Part shown: positions 51,380-64,000 of the stretch, piece by piece
Layout: each line of letters begins with the position of its first letter
Position numbering within the stretch: the stretch's first letter is position 1
From: Octopus sinensis
Taxonomy: Eukaryota
DNA: 64,000 nucleotides
Reading direction: 5' to 3'
Assembly (NCBI RefSeq): GCF_006345805.1
Contig: NC_043001.1
Span: forward strand, 6,696,001 to 6,760,000
The notes under the pieces: model-generated
Database searches by the model: none
The model's input: only the letters and a program-made list of their open reading frames with translations
What the model was told of the DNA's origin: nothing
Made by a program: the position numbers and the translations under genes

Positions 51380-51545
51380 GTCAGCGAGCAGAATCGCTAA
51401 CCGCGCCGGGCAAAATGCTTAGCGTCATTTCGATGACAGTTTTTGTTACGTTCTGAGTTCAAAATCCGCTAAGTTCACATTGACCTATATCATTTCGAGG
51501 TCGATAAACCAAGTACCATTTGAGCACCGGGGTCAATGTAATCCC
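51380..51545 (+). mobile_element. Diverged family B SINE
   Basis: GCAGAATCGCTAACCGCGCCGGGCAAAATGCTTAGCG...GAGGTCGATAAACCAAGTACC. Confidence 0.75.
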
Positions 51546-51854
51546 CTATACTGCTAATCTTAAGGCAAATTTTGAAACCAAGAATATAATATGTATGTGT
51601 TAACTGAACTTTGTATCAAGGCTGAAATCCTTAATCATTGATGTGTTACTAATTTGCAATTGTACTCCTTCGCAATGAGTACGTTTCAGTGGTTAGAGTT
51701 TAGCCTTCTCCGTAAAATCCGCAAGCTCTAAGTACTTTATTTTCTTTATGAAATATACCCAAGTCTTAAGTAGTGACCTATTTAGGCCCATTTCAGGACT
51801 AATTTTGGCATCGAATGACATGAATATTGTGACGGTCCTTAAACATGCTGTTAA

Positions 51855-51960
51855 GGTATTGTACTCATGATCTGAAGATAACGGTTTCGATTTCCTGACA
51901 GGGCGATTTGCTGTGTTCTTGAGCAAAACATTTCATTTGAAGTTGCTCTGTAATCAATTC
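51855..51960 (+). mobile_element. Old tRNA-headed SINE remnant (related copy at about 59100-59240)
   Basis: B-box-like GGTTTCGATTTCC plus GTTCTTGAGCAAAACA, which both loci share. Confidence 0.5.
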
Positions 51961-52560
51961 GATATATGAGGTGGAGCTCCATGCACCCACACAAGCAATC
52001 TTACTTGCAATGAATAGAACTTCTTAATGTATAAAAGAGAAATTTGACCGCTGGAAAGAAATCAACTGTGGAGTTGTTTCATCAAGAATTTGCTAAACCA
52101 TCCTTAACCATTTTACGTCAGGAGGGTCACGCTTAATATTAAATAATTTTCTGCAGATCATGTATTCTACGAAAACGAGCGAACAAACTTGCAGCATATA
52201 TATTAATGTGCGTTGATATCTCTATATGTTTATTCAAATAAGATCTTCATATTTATTTGTATAAATGGTGTCGTTCCCCGTAAACTTTGAACGCCTAATT
52301 ACCTACAGATTCACTCAAAGTTATTCTGATTGCAGTTTCGATAGTATAATAAAGTTATTGTTATACAGCAAGAATTCATATTTTAGTATTCATTACACGA
52401 TAGGCAAGTGTAGCATTCAGGAATAGTACACACAGGCACGCAAAACCATATACAATCTGCAAGAAAATATAATGTAATTTTCTTTACAAGATCTACATGA
52501 ATAACATGTATATATATATATATATATATATAAATATATATATAAATATATATATATGTT

Positions 52561-52609
<49 letters not shown>

Positions 52610-52743
52610 ATATATATGTGTGTGTGTAAATAGATAGATATAGACATGTGTATATATATATATTCATGTTTGTCTCCATCTATCTAGCTATATATATGTA
52701 TGTATGCATGTACATATATATATATCTTTATATATCTTTATAT

Positions 52744-52802
<59 letters not shown>

Positions 52803-52882
52803 TTTATATATAGATACTTAAACAAATATGTTTATATAAGGTTCCATAAACATAGATGCGTGCATAAACACTCACACGCACA

Positions 52883-52927
<45 letters not shown>

Positions 52928-54243
52928 TTCTACATAACACAATAACCACTTTGTGTATTATTAATGGGTGGCGATATTTATATTCTTCTTCAGTAACCGT
53001 TTCATGTCTATTGATCTAACACACTCGCCTGACTCCATTACTAACCGGAAACACTAGAATTACGACGTGTATAAAAGTTGGCGTGACACATTTTCCCAGA
53101 AAGAAAAGGAGTTCCATAAGTAGGATCACATCTATTGTATTAAAATATGTCACCGTGATATTTTCCTTTCGTGGTGCATCATAACTGTGTTCGTCTGCAA
53201 TGCACTCCATCGAATACACTGTTATTGAACGTTTTAATAAAAGGCATAATTTACGTTTACGGGTAAGCAACATTAATACATCGTAAATATGATACTATTA
53301 TACGGTCCCCAGCAGTTCTTCGCTATTCTGTTTCATTCTGTTATTATCACTATGGGGTATACTAAGATATTGTTCAGTTAACTGCCTCAGAATATCAATG
53401 TCAGGTACAGATAACCTATTGACATTTAACTCGTAAGCGATTAATGTAATTTCTAACAAAAATGAGTTTCGTTATGTTTATATTAATATTCAGACATTCT
53501 GTTTATTTGCAGCTAACATTGAAAATAAAAAAAAAGATGGGAATTTTTTTCTCGTTATAGAGGATATATAGAAATATCACAAAAAATCATAATAAATATA
53601 AAAATGACAGATTTTCAAGACACGATAAGCTTTAATGTTAAAAACACTGATACGTGGAGAAATTGTCTTATATATATAAATGTGTTCCACTTTTCAGAAA
53701 CGCAGAGAAGCATAGACACACTAACAATCAAACACACATATACACACAAGCACATATATATGAATACATGGATATAGAAAGAGAGCCGAGAAAGAAAGTA
53801 AGAAGAAAGAAAGAAGAAACATGAAATTTAAAGAAAGATATTTGAAGCACTTGTGTGTGTTCCAGAAATACGCTGCAGAAGATGTTGTAGAGTAAGCATG
53901 CATTTATACACACAGACATATGTATGGATATATGCATGTATGCCAAATTTTGTATAATTTGCTTTGCGGGAAAGACTGTTTTAGCGAAGACGCGTCTTGC
54001 ACCAAGCGTTCGAAACGTGGAATAGATAAAACGGGGTACAACACATGAAGGGATTGTTTCTTATGTTGCCGGATCGTTTTTCTATTTGTTTCTTTCGTTG
54101 TTCAAAAAGAAGTTTGTTTTCCATTTCCTTCTTTTTCTTATTCTCGTTTTTCCCGTTGTTCACGTTTCCTTTTTGACGTCCCGTACCCATATATGCATGT
54201 GTATATGCATATATATGTAGGTATGTACACATGTGTAAGTATA

Positions 54244-54282
<39 letters not shown>

Positions 54283-54565
54283 TATGTATATGATATATAT
54301 ATATACATTGTGCAAGTTAAACATTTTAGGAACTTCCGAGAGCAGGTCGACATCTTACAATCTCTTGTTGAAAATATCTGGAAGCAGAGGCATATATCTA
54401 TAAATGAAAGCTTGTGAATATTAGACCGAAATGCTCTTTTTCGATAATAAAGAAGAAGCGAAGTATACCTGTGAGGCGCTAACACATGTATTTATATAGA
54501 GATATATATACCAGTTGCGTACTAGGGTCGATCTAATCGAATGGCCCTCTCCCCCAAGAGTGTTT

Positions 54566-54601
<36 letters not shown>

Positions 54602-54965
54602 AAACACTCTCATAGAAATAACCATTATATGACTTAACTTACTAAACAAAGTTCAACAAATTTATTCATGTTATTGAAATGAAGAAAATTAGATGTAGAT
54701 GTCAAAATAGATTTTATTTTGTATTTTCATATTCCTATGCAATTGTTTCTTACAAATGGACCAAGATTGTCATAAAGAGAACATCGTAATGGTCAAACTT
54801 TTACTCTGCAGCAGGTGCTGTTTAAAGTAAAATAAAAAAGAACAAAAGACATTGGAAATAAACATAGATTTTTGTTCTTATTTATTATTAATTTTGAGGG
54901 GATTTTTTTTTCTTTTCTTCCAGACATGCTTAATTTAAATATCACCTACTGAAGAGGAAAATTGT

Positions 54966-55049
54966 GACATGTGTCACGCAGTGGGACTGAACACGGAACC
55001 ATGTGGTTGGTAAACAAACTACTTATCACCCAGCCACTCCTACGCCTAT
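54966..55049 (-). mobile_element. Family C SINE head only
   Basis: Reverse complement of GGCGTAGGAGTGGCTGG...GGTTCCGTGTTCAGTCCCACTGCGTG. Confidence 0.8.
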
Positions 55050-55998
55050 GTATAAGTCTGAATAGGCTTCCATGTGCGCATGCGTTCCTCCGTGTATTTA
55101 TACGTCTCAATGTTTCCATACTAGCGGTCAAGTCATTCAGTATCTCTCCTGTGGTCTGGCGCTTATTCCTCTTTGTTTCAATTAACAAAAAAATAAAACT
55201 TAATGATTTCTAAAATAAAATATTATGTAAAATTAGTTATATCAAAATGTCTCTGATACCCCAAACAGAAGAAAAAATGTTACGAATCGTTTTTCATGAA
55301 AATTCATAACACTTTTCCTGGGTATGCGTTCATAAATATTTGACAATGATGCATCATCGAATGTGGTTTAGGAAATATGTCTATGTGTTTCTACCTTAGA
55401 AATAAAACTATACCAATATAAAAAAAACAAGTCAATTAACAAAAACAAAAATTAATGCTTTGTAAAATAAAATAATATATATAATTAGTTATCTCAAATG
55501 CCTCTGATACCCAGAACAGAAGAAAAAAAATGTTACGAATCGTTTTTCATGAAAATTTTGGCCTTAATATAATACTATTTTTTTTTCTTGCCAAAGTTTC
55601 TAGCAGAACCAAGTCTTACTGAATCTGATTAAGAATTTTCATTTGATATACAGAGAGAAAAAAGCATAAAAATATTAGCGTTGAGACATGTTGCGAAATA
55701 TATGTTCATCCTAACAAAATAACGTTTTTATCAGTTATTTGCTAACACACCTGTTCATTCTCAGGGGAACTCAGAACCAAGTTTCAATGTACGTATATAC
55801 ACAGAGACAAACACACACACACACACACACACACACCACACACACACACACACACACCATATATGTATGTATATTTATATATGTGTGTATATGTGTATAT
55901 ATTTGTGTGTGTGTGAATATATATAAACGTATATCCACAGGGATATAAAAAAATAAGTATATAAGATGCATCGAACTAATCGTATGCATTTATATGTT

Positions 55999-56034
<36 letters not shown>

Positions 56035-56064
56035 GTATATATATATATATATTATATATATATA

Positions 56065-56116
<52 letters not shown>

Positions 56117-56621
56117 TCATAATTATGTCTGCATGCAAAAACGTTATTTAAAAAATTCTAATTAGGTGCAATATTATGGCTGACAATCTCTTTAACCTTG
56201 AACGCCATAACTCTCTCAATCTGATTACAATATAGGTAACACGCCTCGTTTGAAAATAAGTCTAAAGATCATGAATATTTTATTAATGACGTTAAAATTT
56301 TCCTAAGCTTTGCATTCAGAAGCTGTGGAAGATAAAGATTAATTCCTTTGTAAAATATTAAGGCTAAACCACTATATGAAACATCTCTCGTAGATCAAAT
56401 GGATTATCAAATCGTGTGTCATAGTTATTCATTAATAGCTAAGGTTCGAAACTCAGCGTAAGAACAATAGTATTTTAGAGGGGTGAGTGTTCGCTTCACA
56501 TTTCACCAGAGACAAAGAGACTATCAATGCAGTGGACACACCATTACTCACCTGAGCCAAATTAGGCCAAGGCTTTTTCATTTGTAAATAAGGTTGATAA
56601 ACTCAGATTTTGGAGGATTCA

Positions 56622-56793
56622 AATGGAGAATGGTATGCCAACTTTTTGAGGCAGTTAAGAAAGGCTATCAAAACCAGACATTCAGGAAAAACTGACGAAT
56701 GAGGCCGTGGTCTATCAAAACAAAGTCCCAGAACACATGTTGTGCATGACTGTCTCTTTGAATTTGTGGATCTCTGTTCTTCTGATTTGCCCG
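56622..56793 (+). mobile_element. mariner transposase catalytic-domain relic
   Basis: Reads NGEWYANFLRQLRKAIKTRHSGK-LT..VVYQNKVPEH..VHDCLFEFVD..SSDLP (compare HQDNAPAH and YSPDLAP). Confidence 0.75.
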
Positions 56794-57255
56794 TATTATA
56801 TAAAAAAACGCACTTCTACACATATGTTACACTTCATCTTTCCTTAAGTTTTATATTACATTGACGACATGTGTACATTTAGCGTATAAAGCTGAAATAA
56901 AATATGTGCTTGGTATAAATCTACAGAAAAGGATCCATCGTTTATCTAATGAGTTTTTTTACAACTCATTATCATGTAAAATTATCCAAAATCAGCAAAT
57001 TTTTGTAACTGTGCATATCAAGAGAATATATATTAACCAACCCCTCTTTAATCATGAACAAGTTGATAGAGACCTATAAAAGATTACAAGAAACTGTAGC
57101 TAGTAAGCAAAGCTAAAATCAGCGATTAATACATTCGTCCGGATAATACCTGACATTGTGAAATCATCTAGTGTGATCAAATTTTGCATCTGATTGCCTG
57201 ACGTTTTTGTTCCGATTACAAAAATACATTCGGCACTAATACTATTCACATTCAA

Positions 57256-57642
57256 GTCGGCGAGCTGGCAAAGGCGTTAGCACGCCGGGCAAATTGCTTA
57301 GCAGTATTTCGTCTGCCGCTACGCTCTGAGTTCAAATTCCGCCGAGATCGACTTTGCCTTTCATCCTTTCAGGGTTGATTAAATAAGCACCAGTTTCGCA
57401 CTGGGGTCGATATAATCGACTTAATCCGTTTGTCTGTCCCTTCTGCGTTTAGCCCCTTGTGGGTAGTAAAGAAATAGGTATTTCTTCTGTCTTTACGTTC
57501 TGCGTTTAAATTCTGCCGAGGACGACTTTGCCTTTCATCCTTTCCGGGGTCGATAAATTAAGTACCAGTTGCGTACTAGGGTCGATCTAATCGAATGGCC
57601 CTCTCCCCCAAAATTTCGGGCCTTGTGCCTAGAGTAGAAAAG
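57256..57642 (+). mobile_element. Family B SINE, dimeric
   Basis: Head GTCGGCGAGCTGGC with two body units. The 18-bp TSD, AATACTATTCA(C/A)ATTCAA, lies at 57238-57255 and 57643-57660. Confidence 0.92.
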
Positions 57643-59549
57643 AATACTATTCAAATTCAACAAAGCTCAGAGGAGAGCATCATGGCAGTTCTCCTCCCAT
57701 ACCTCATATGACGCTGTCATTACGCACACACCAAGCAGTAGACTTTCGACTTATTTCCATGATAAAATGTCTATACACTGAATGACAGTTTCTAATGAAA
57801 GCCGTCCCTTCTCACTTAGTTTATGTGACATCGGGATATACATTTAAAGGACTCTAAATAGATGTTCTGATGTCACTGACTAATTGTCATCTTGCAACAT
57901 ATAACGTCCCAGTAACATATTTCTTATAGTATTGACCTAATTAAATTGTTCACTCCAAACGCAAAACATCAGTGCAAAGTCCAGGACATGAACTAATCTT
58001 ATGAAGTTAGGACATTCAAGTGGACTTAATATTAAAATACCGTTATCACAACTTGAACGTAAACACGTATGTTCAAACTAGAACAATTTTCTCATGAGCG
58101 ACAATCTTGTTTTAGGCACCAAAATTGTCAACTGGTTTACAGAGCATTCTCTGTTATTGATTACATTTTCAAAGGAAATAATCAATGTTTAATCAACAAT
58201 TATTATCAAGCTGTCACCCCATGCTTCTGTTCATCAACAACATCGCAACAAGCTACCCAACATCATGTGTTAGCTACATAAAAGCAGAACTTCTACAATT
58301 GCTATATTAAATCTCTGTTACACGCCACTGATCAGAGGTGCATTTCTATAAAAAGATGATGGCTTATCTATCTCTCAAATCATAAACCACACAATAGTAA
58401 GTAGATTTACCAAGAGGAATGTATGTAAGAGAAGAATTCAAATCACGATATTTATGTCGAAATGACCTGGCCATATTTCGTGCTTCTATTAATAATGTTC
58501 CATAAAACGGTCTGCTAAGCGCTGACTGGTTTCTCCATTATAAAATATGGCACAAAATCAGAATTTAATGTAGTAAATAATATTTTTCTTGGTGCGTGTG
58601 AAACTTTGGAGTTATGTTTACAACATATACGATCAGGTTCACGGGTTCTTCAACAAGGCGAGTGCAGTCGAATTATTAATATTCGTAGGTGTTGCAGCAT
58701 CGAGGTTTCGGTAGAATAAACAACGTCGAATGTCGTTGCAGGAATTTGGAACAATTGGGTTGTGAATACGAAGTCAAGACCATAGTAAAGGCTCAGTCGG
58801 GTGAGAATTGAATTTAGGGTTGCAATTAGATGGAAGTAAACTTACATGCCATTGAATTCGTTATAAATAGCCGTGGAATGTTTGAAGTAATTTAAAGCGG
58901 TAGTGATTTATGGTTGAAGGGACACAAAAAGAAAGACATGTAGCTACTATGATTCAAGAACTACATGGAGGGGGGGGGGGAAATGTATTCTTCTTTTAAC
59001 GTTAATTGCACAGCGTCTAAACGAAAACGGTTAATATCATAGTGAATTATAGTATGCAGTGCCTTTGTGTGCTGACTGGATGTTCTAGAAAGGGTGGAGT
59101 ATAGCCTAGTGCTTATAGTGCTGCGCTCATGATTGTAAAATTAAAGTTTCAATTCCTGGACACGGCGAACGCATTGGGTTCTTGAGCAAAACACTTTATT
59201 TCAAGTTGCTCCGGTACACATAGTCGGCAAAAATGAGTAATTTTATAGTACTGTCCAGGGGATAGATATACATAAGTCCCGGAAAGCAGTCCTTAAGGCT
59301 GGAGAAGAATGCCTTTTTATAGCGATCGAAAACAATGGCTGTGATGTGGTGGGAAGCAAGCTTCTTAACACACAAACATGCATGCACTTTATTCATTATT
59401 TTCATTAATGTTATATATGTATTGATATCGAGTATAAATGACCAGCAGATAAATATCGTCGTATACAAATGGAAAAAGGTCTGAATTAAGACGGGATGGA
59501 CATTGTGAATTACATCAACACCAGTGCTCAAATGGTATTTTATTTATAC

Positions 59550-60134
59550 TTTTATACTCTAGGCACAAGGCCCGAAATTTTGGGGAAGGGCTAGTCGATT
59601 AGATCGACATCAGTACGCAACTGGTACTTAATTTATCGACGCCGAAAAGAAGAAAAGCAAATTCGACCTCGGAGGAATTTGAACTCAGAAACGAACGATA
59701 CGCTAATAGCATTTATCCTGGGGTATAACGATTCTTATTGCTTTACTGCTCACAAGGGAACAAACAAGGACAGACAAACGAATTAAATCAATTATATCGA
59801 CCCCAGTGCGTAACTGGTACTTATTTAATCGACCGAAAGATGAAAGGCAAAGTCGACCTCGGAGGAATTTGAATTCAGAACGTAGCGATGAGAGAAATAA
59901 CTATTTCTTTACTACCCACAAGGGGCTAAATCCAGGGAGGATAAACAAGGAAAGACAAAGATATTAAGTTGATTACATCTACCCCAGTGCATAACTGGTA
60001 CTTAATTTATCGACCCCGAAAGGATGAAAGGCAAAGTCAACCTCGGCGGAATTTGAACTCAGAACGTAACGGCAGACGAAATACGGCTACTCATTTAGAC
60101 CGTCGTGCCAACGTTTCTGCCTGCTCGCCTCCTT
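59550..60134 (-). mobile_element. Family B SINE, trimeric body
   Basis: One head at about 60134 followed by three GTCGACTTTGCCTTTCATC-type units. Confidence 0.85.
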
Positions 60135-60867
60135 AACGGCAGATAGATACTGTATAATACAAAAATATAAAGGAGTGTTCTTAATACACCGGGACAAAAT
60201 ACCTGAGATATATTGTCGTGTGGGTAGTGTTTGTATGAACAATAAATTGATTTGTCACATGACTTCATAGTTTCCAACAGTTACATGTATATTTTATCGA
60301 GATTTTCCTTCATTTTGCATTGGAATATTTTTGTGAGTCATAATATTTTACCAAGCAATGAAATCTCGACACATTTTATAAGCTAAAAAGAAAGAAAGAA
60401 TCTCGACAACACCTTGTGAAGGAGAGTACTTTAAAATATTGCTTTATGAAAAATATATATAAAAGGAAAACATATATATCTTTTATATACAGAGTAAATC
60501 TATGGATAAGAATCAGAATAGAATTTGAATGTGAATTTTATTAGTGTTGTAGAGAAATAGATGTTATCAACTTCACTGCCATTTAAAAAAAGATATATAC
60601 ATATATTTGCGTACAAAAAGAAAGGAATATAAGAATAGAACATGAAATGGTAAAGAAAGAAGAATGTATAGCAGGCAGGATTTCTTCAGAATCAACCTGA
60701 AGATGAAGTGACAATGATAAATAAAATAAGCGCATACGTTTATTATATATTCAAACGCATTCTATGAAAAAAAATTTCAATTCCAGTTTATCTATAATCG
60801 CACACACGGTTTTCTTTCCCTCCATCTTATATATGTGTGTGTGAGTGTGCGTGCGTATATATATATA

Positions 60868-60923
<56 letters not shown>

Positions 60924-62285
60924 TGTGTGAGTGTGTAAATATTTTTTCTTCGCGCATATATATATGTGTGTATCAGTGTGCAAGCGAAGAGTTTCCGTTT
61001 AATCTTACTTTTCTAATATATTTCAGATCTTCGTAAAGTTTCAGTTTATTTATGAGACTAAATACTTTAGTCTTTCTTCAATGTTTTTAGAACTTCGTAG
61101 TCTCTTCTATTGAACAGAGTGACATTCGCGTGCGTTAATCTCTTTTCCAATGTGCCAGGTCCAATGGGACTCGTGCAGACATAGCAGAGGGATATCGAAG
61201 TTTCAACATTAAATATCAACATCAATGTTTCCCTATTACTTTTCGACTTCACTGGTGTATCTTCTATGCATGTTTACTATAGCAACTTAGTACGAAATGC
61301 AAATTGCTCATATAATTGATTGTCTAAATATTTGTCAAAAATACAAAATATCGATATCTTACCCACTATCATTTTCCTAATGCTTATTGATTTTAGTTGC
61401 AAGACGAACTGCAGATAGATATACAGACAAAGTGATAGGTATATTCTCTTTCAAATTCGACTTTTTAGTATTCTGCTGTGGATATTTCACCCGGAATATT
61501 TTGCATTCTTTTGTAGAGCGACTACTTTTATTATTCATATCATCATATTTGTTCTATACCGCTATATTATTCGCACTCTACCCAATACACCTTATCTGTT
61601 TCTTTCAGAATTATGACTGCTTTAAAATTGATAATGTTTCTATGAAATTTACCTCTCCTAAGGCTTCCTCTGAAAAAATATGTTAATGCTGTTAATATTA
61701 CCAATCTTAAAGTGTTACATTAACATACATACAATCCCTACACAGTCATCTGAGTTACGTCATTATTCAGATGATAATTACTATTATATGAGTTATTTAC
61801 TTTAATTCTACACAGAGAAATCCAATGTTTATAGCAGCAATTTGCTTTTTTCTGTTTTCTATGCAATTCTGTAAATCATTAACTCATACCACCAATAGCG
61901 AATACCTTTGTGTACCATTCTATAGAAATGTTTTGTATCAGACATGATGGATAATTCATTTAGTATTATGTACGTCTCTTTAAATACCCATCCATATTCA
62001 CTTAGGAATACTAATGTTAATCAAATCCAATTAATTTCGTTAAATGTTCGAAAAAATACGAAGAATGGGAATCAATTTCAGATTAGTAAGTATCCTATCG
62101 ATAACGAGATATTAATAATCGATACACGCAGGCATACACACACACACACAAACACAAACACGCACACACCCACGTATAGCCAAAAGCTTACAAAGTGATT
62201 ACAGGCCAGATATTTCGTGAATGGTAAGAGAGAGTTGTGCCAGGCAGGAATATCTTGAGTTTTCTTCTGCCCTTTGGAAGATTGC

Positions 62286-62342
<57 letters not shown>

Positions 62343-62540
62343 TTTATAATTATGAATATAATTATAATTAGGATTCAGCAAAAAAATTTACTTCACCACA
62401 TACCGAACTTTAGAAATAGCAGCCAAAGAACTTAGTTATTATTCTACTATAAGAAGAAACTCCCGGGCAGTATAAACTCAAAACTATTCACGTAGACACA
62501 GATTATTAATTAATTAATTAATTTTACCCTTTATTATTAT

Positions 62541-62582
<42 letters not shown>

Positions 62583-62952
62583 GGAAGTGCGTGTGGTATG
62601 TTTCTATGTGTGAGTATATGAGTGTATACTATCTAATAATTTTGACGGGTTTCCATGTAACTTGAAATTTGATAGGCTCTTAGATCGAACCTAACTTGTC
62701 GTTCGTCTGGAGAGAATAATATTATATGATATAAATTAAAGGTCGCTTCTAGGTCTTAGGCAACTAGCAGCCAGTGTAATAATGGTTAGATAGTTACATA
62801 ATTCATTATCATTGAGCGTAAACTCACGTGGCTGGACAGGGTAATCGTAGGTACCTTTGGCCATATTCTCTGGAAAATACGGCAATTATTTTTTTCTCAT
62901 TCTTTTTCCCATTCACCCATTTGCATATGTATCTATGCATATATAAGGTATA

Positions 62953-63366
62953 TTCTTTTCTTTTCTTTTCTTTTACTTGTTTCAGTCATTTTGACTGCGG
63001 CCATGCTGGAGCAACGCCTTTTAGTCGAGCAACTCGACCCCGGGACTCATTCTTTTTGTAAGCCCAGTATTTATTCTATCGGTCTCTTTTGCCGAACCGC
63101 TAAGTGACAGGGACGTAAACATACAAGCATCGGCTGTCAAGCAATGCTAGGGGGACAAACACAGACACACAAACACATACATATATATATATGCATATAT
63201 ACGATAGGCTTCTTTCAGTTTCCGTCTACCAAATCCACTCACAAGGCATTGGTCGGCCCGGGGCTATAGCAGAAGACACTTGCCCAAGATGCCACGCAGT
63301 GGGACTGAACACGGAACCATGTGGTTGGTTAGCAAGTTACTTACCACACAGCCACTCCTGCGCCTA
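62953..63366 (-). mobile_element. Family C SINE, full length
   Basis: Runs from the head GGCGCAGGAGTGGCTGTGTGG to a (GAAAA)n tail. Confidence 0.92.
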
Positions 63367-63393
63367 TGTATATGTATGTATTGGCATAAGATG

Positions 63394-63446
63394 GATAGAT
63401 AGATAAGATAGACAGACAGATACATAGATAGATAGATAGATTGATT

Positions 63447-63500
<54 letters not shown>

Positions 63501-63677
63501 CAGATTGATAGATAGATAGACAGATTGATAGATAGATATATATATAGAGATAGATAGATATATATAGAGAGATAGATAGATAGATAGAAAGAAAGAAAGA
63601 TGGATAGATATATAGATTGATAGATAGACAGATAGTTAGATAGATAGACAGCCAGCCAGCCAGACAGACATACAGAC

Positions 63678-63751
<74 letters not shown>

Positions 63752-63765
63752 TTTAGATAGATTAT
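63394..63765. repeat. Compound (GATA)n/(GACA)n microsatellite
   Basis: Seen directly. Confidence 0.95.
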
Positions 63766-64000
63766 TTTCTCCAACAAACCTCTGTTATTTGAAGACGAAG
63801 ATAGTCATTCGAGGGTCTATTGTTCTGAAACTACCACATTATTTCACTATAATATCTGTCCCAATGTTTCGAGCACTGATGCAAACGACCAGTAATTCGT
63901 GAGGCAGTAAAGCGTCTTACGCTCTGGTCTGTGTATTTCAATAACTTCAGTGTGATAATAAATCCGTAGCGTCTGGAAACTCGAACATTTCTTTCCAAGG

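Noticed and set aside
55180-55557. ~130-bp AT-rich direct repeat at an offset of about 253
   Set aside because: It looks like an ordinary diverged local duplication with no further structure.
61067-61252. ORF ending DYEVLKTLKKD, superficially kinase-like
   Set aside because: It hits a stop without a usable splice donor, shows no GxGxxG motif, and has no recognisable domain.

Overview
This is eukaryotic, strongly AT-rich DNA (roughly two-thirds A+T by eye), saturated with microsatellites and containing one 100-N scaffold gap at 46006-46105. The SINE families resemble those I recall from octopus (coleoid cephalopod) genomes; that assignment is inference. I found no host protein-coding exon, and almost all ORFs in the track are microsatellite or repeat artefacts. 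The window is a mobile-element graveyard. It holds at least four tRNA-headed SINE families (here called A-D), five SINE insertions (486, 1046, 1904, 12103, 21134, 57256; 1904 is also duplicated at 2727) with clear 11-18 bp target-site duplications, and a variant tRNA-Gly(GCC). LINE relics come from the CR1/L2/Jockey group, the Tx1/L1 clade, the RLE-bearing CRE and R4/Dong clades, and probably an RTE 5' UTR. There are also mariner, Tc1 and maT transposase relics, MITE-like fold-backs, and two near-identical tandem duplications bounded by (GT)n. The main signal is Penelope-like (PLE) biology. A GIY-YIG-bearing PLE 3' end has the classic ~865-bp inverted arm, and eight minimal type-I hammerhead-ribozyme-like motifs from several sequence families lie within 17 kb. 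A SINE-like family D combines a tRNA-type Pol III head, an (AAT)n spacer and a hammerhead-bearing tail, and one copy shows a PLE-style 5' inversion. The best candidate for a little-described system is therefore a hammerhead-carrying tRNA-SINE mobilised by PLE machinery. All homology calls are from motif recognition, not database searches.
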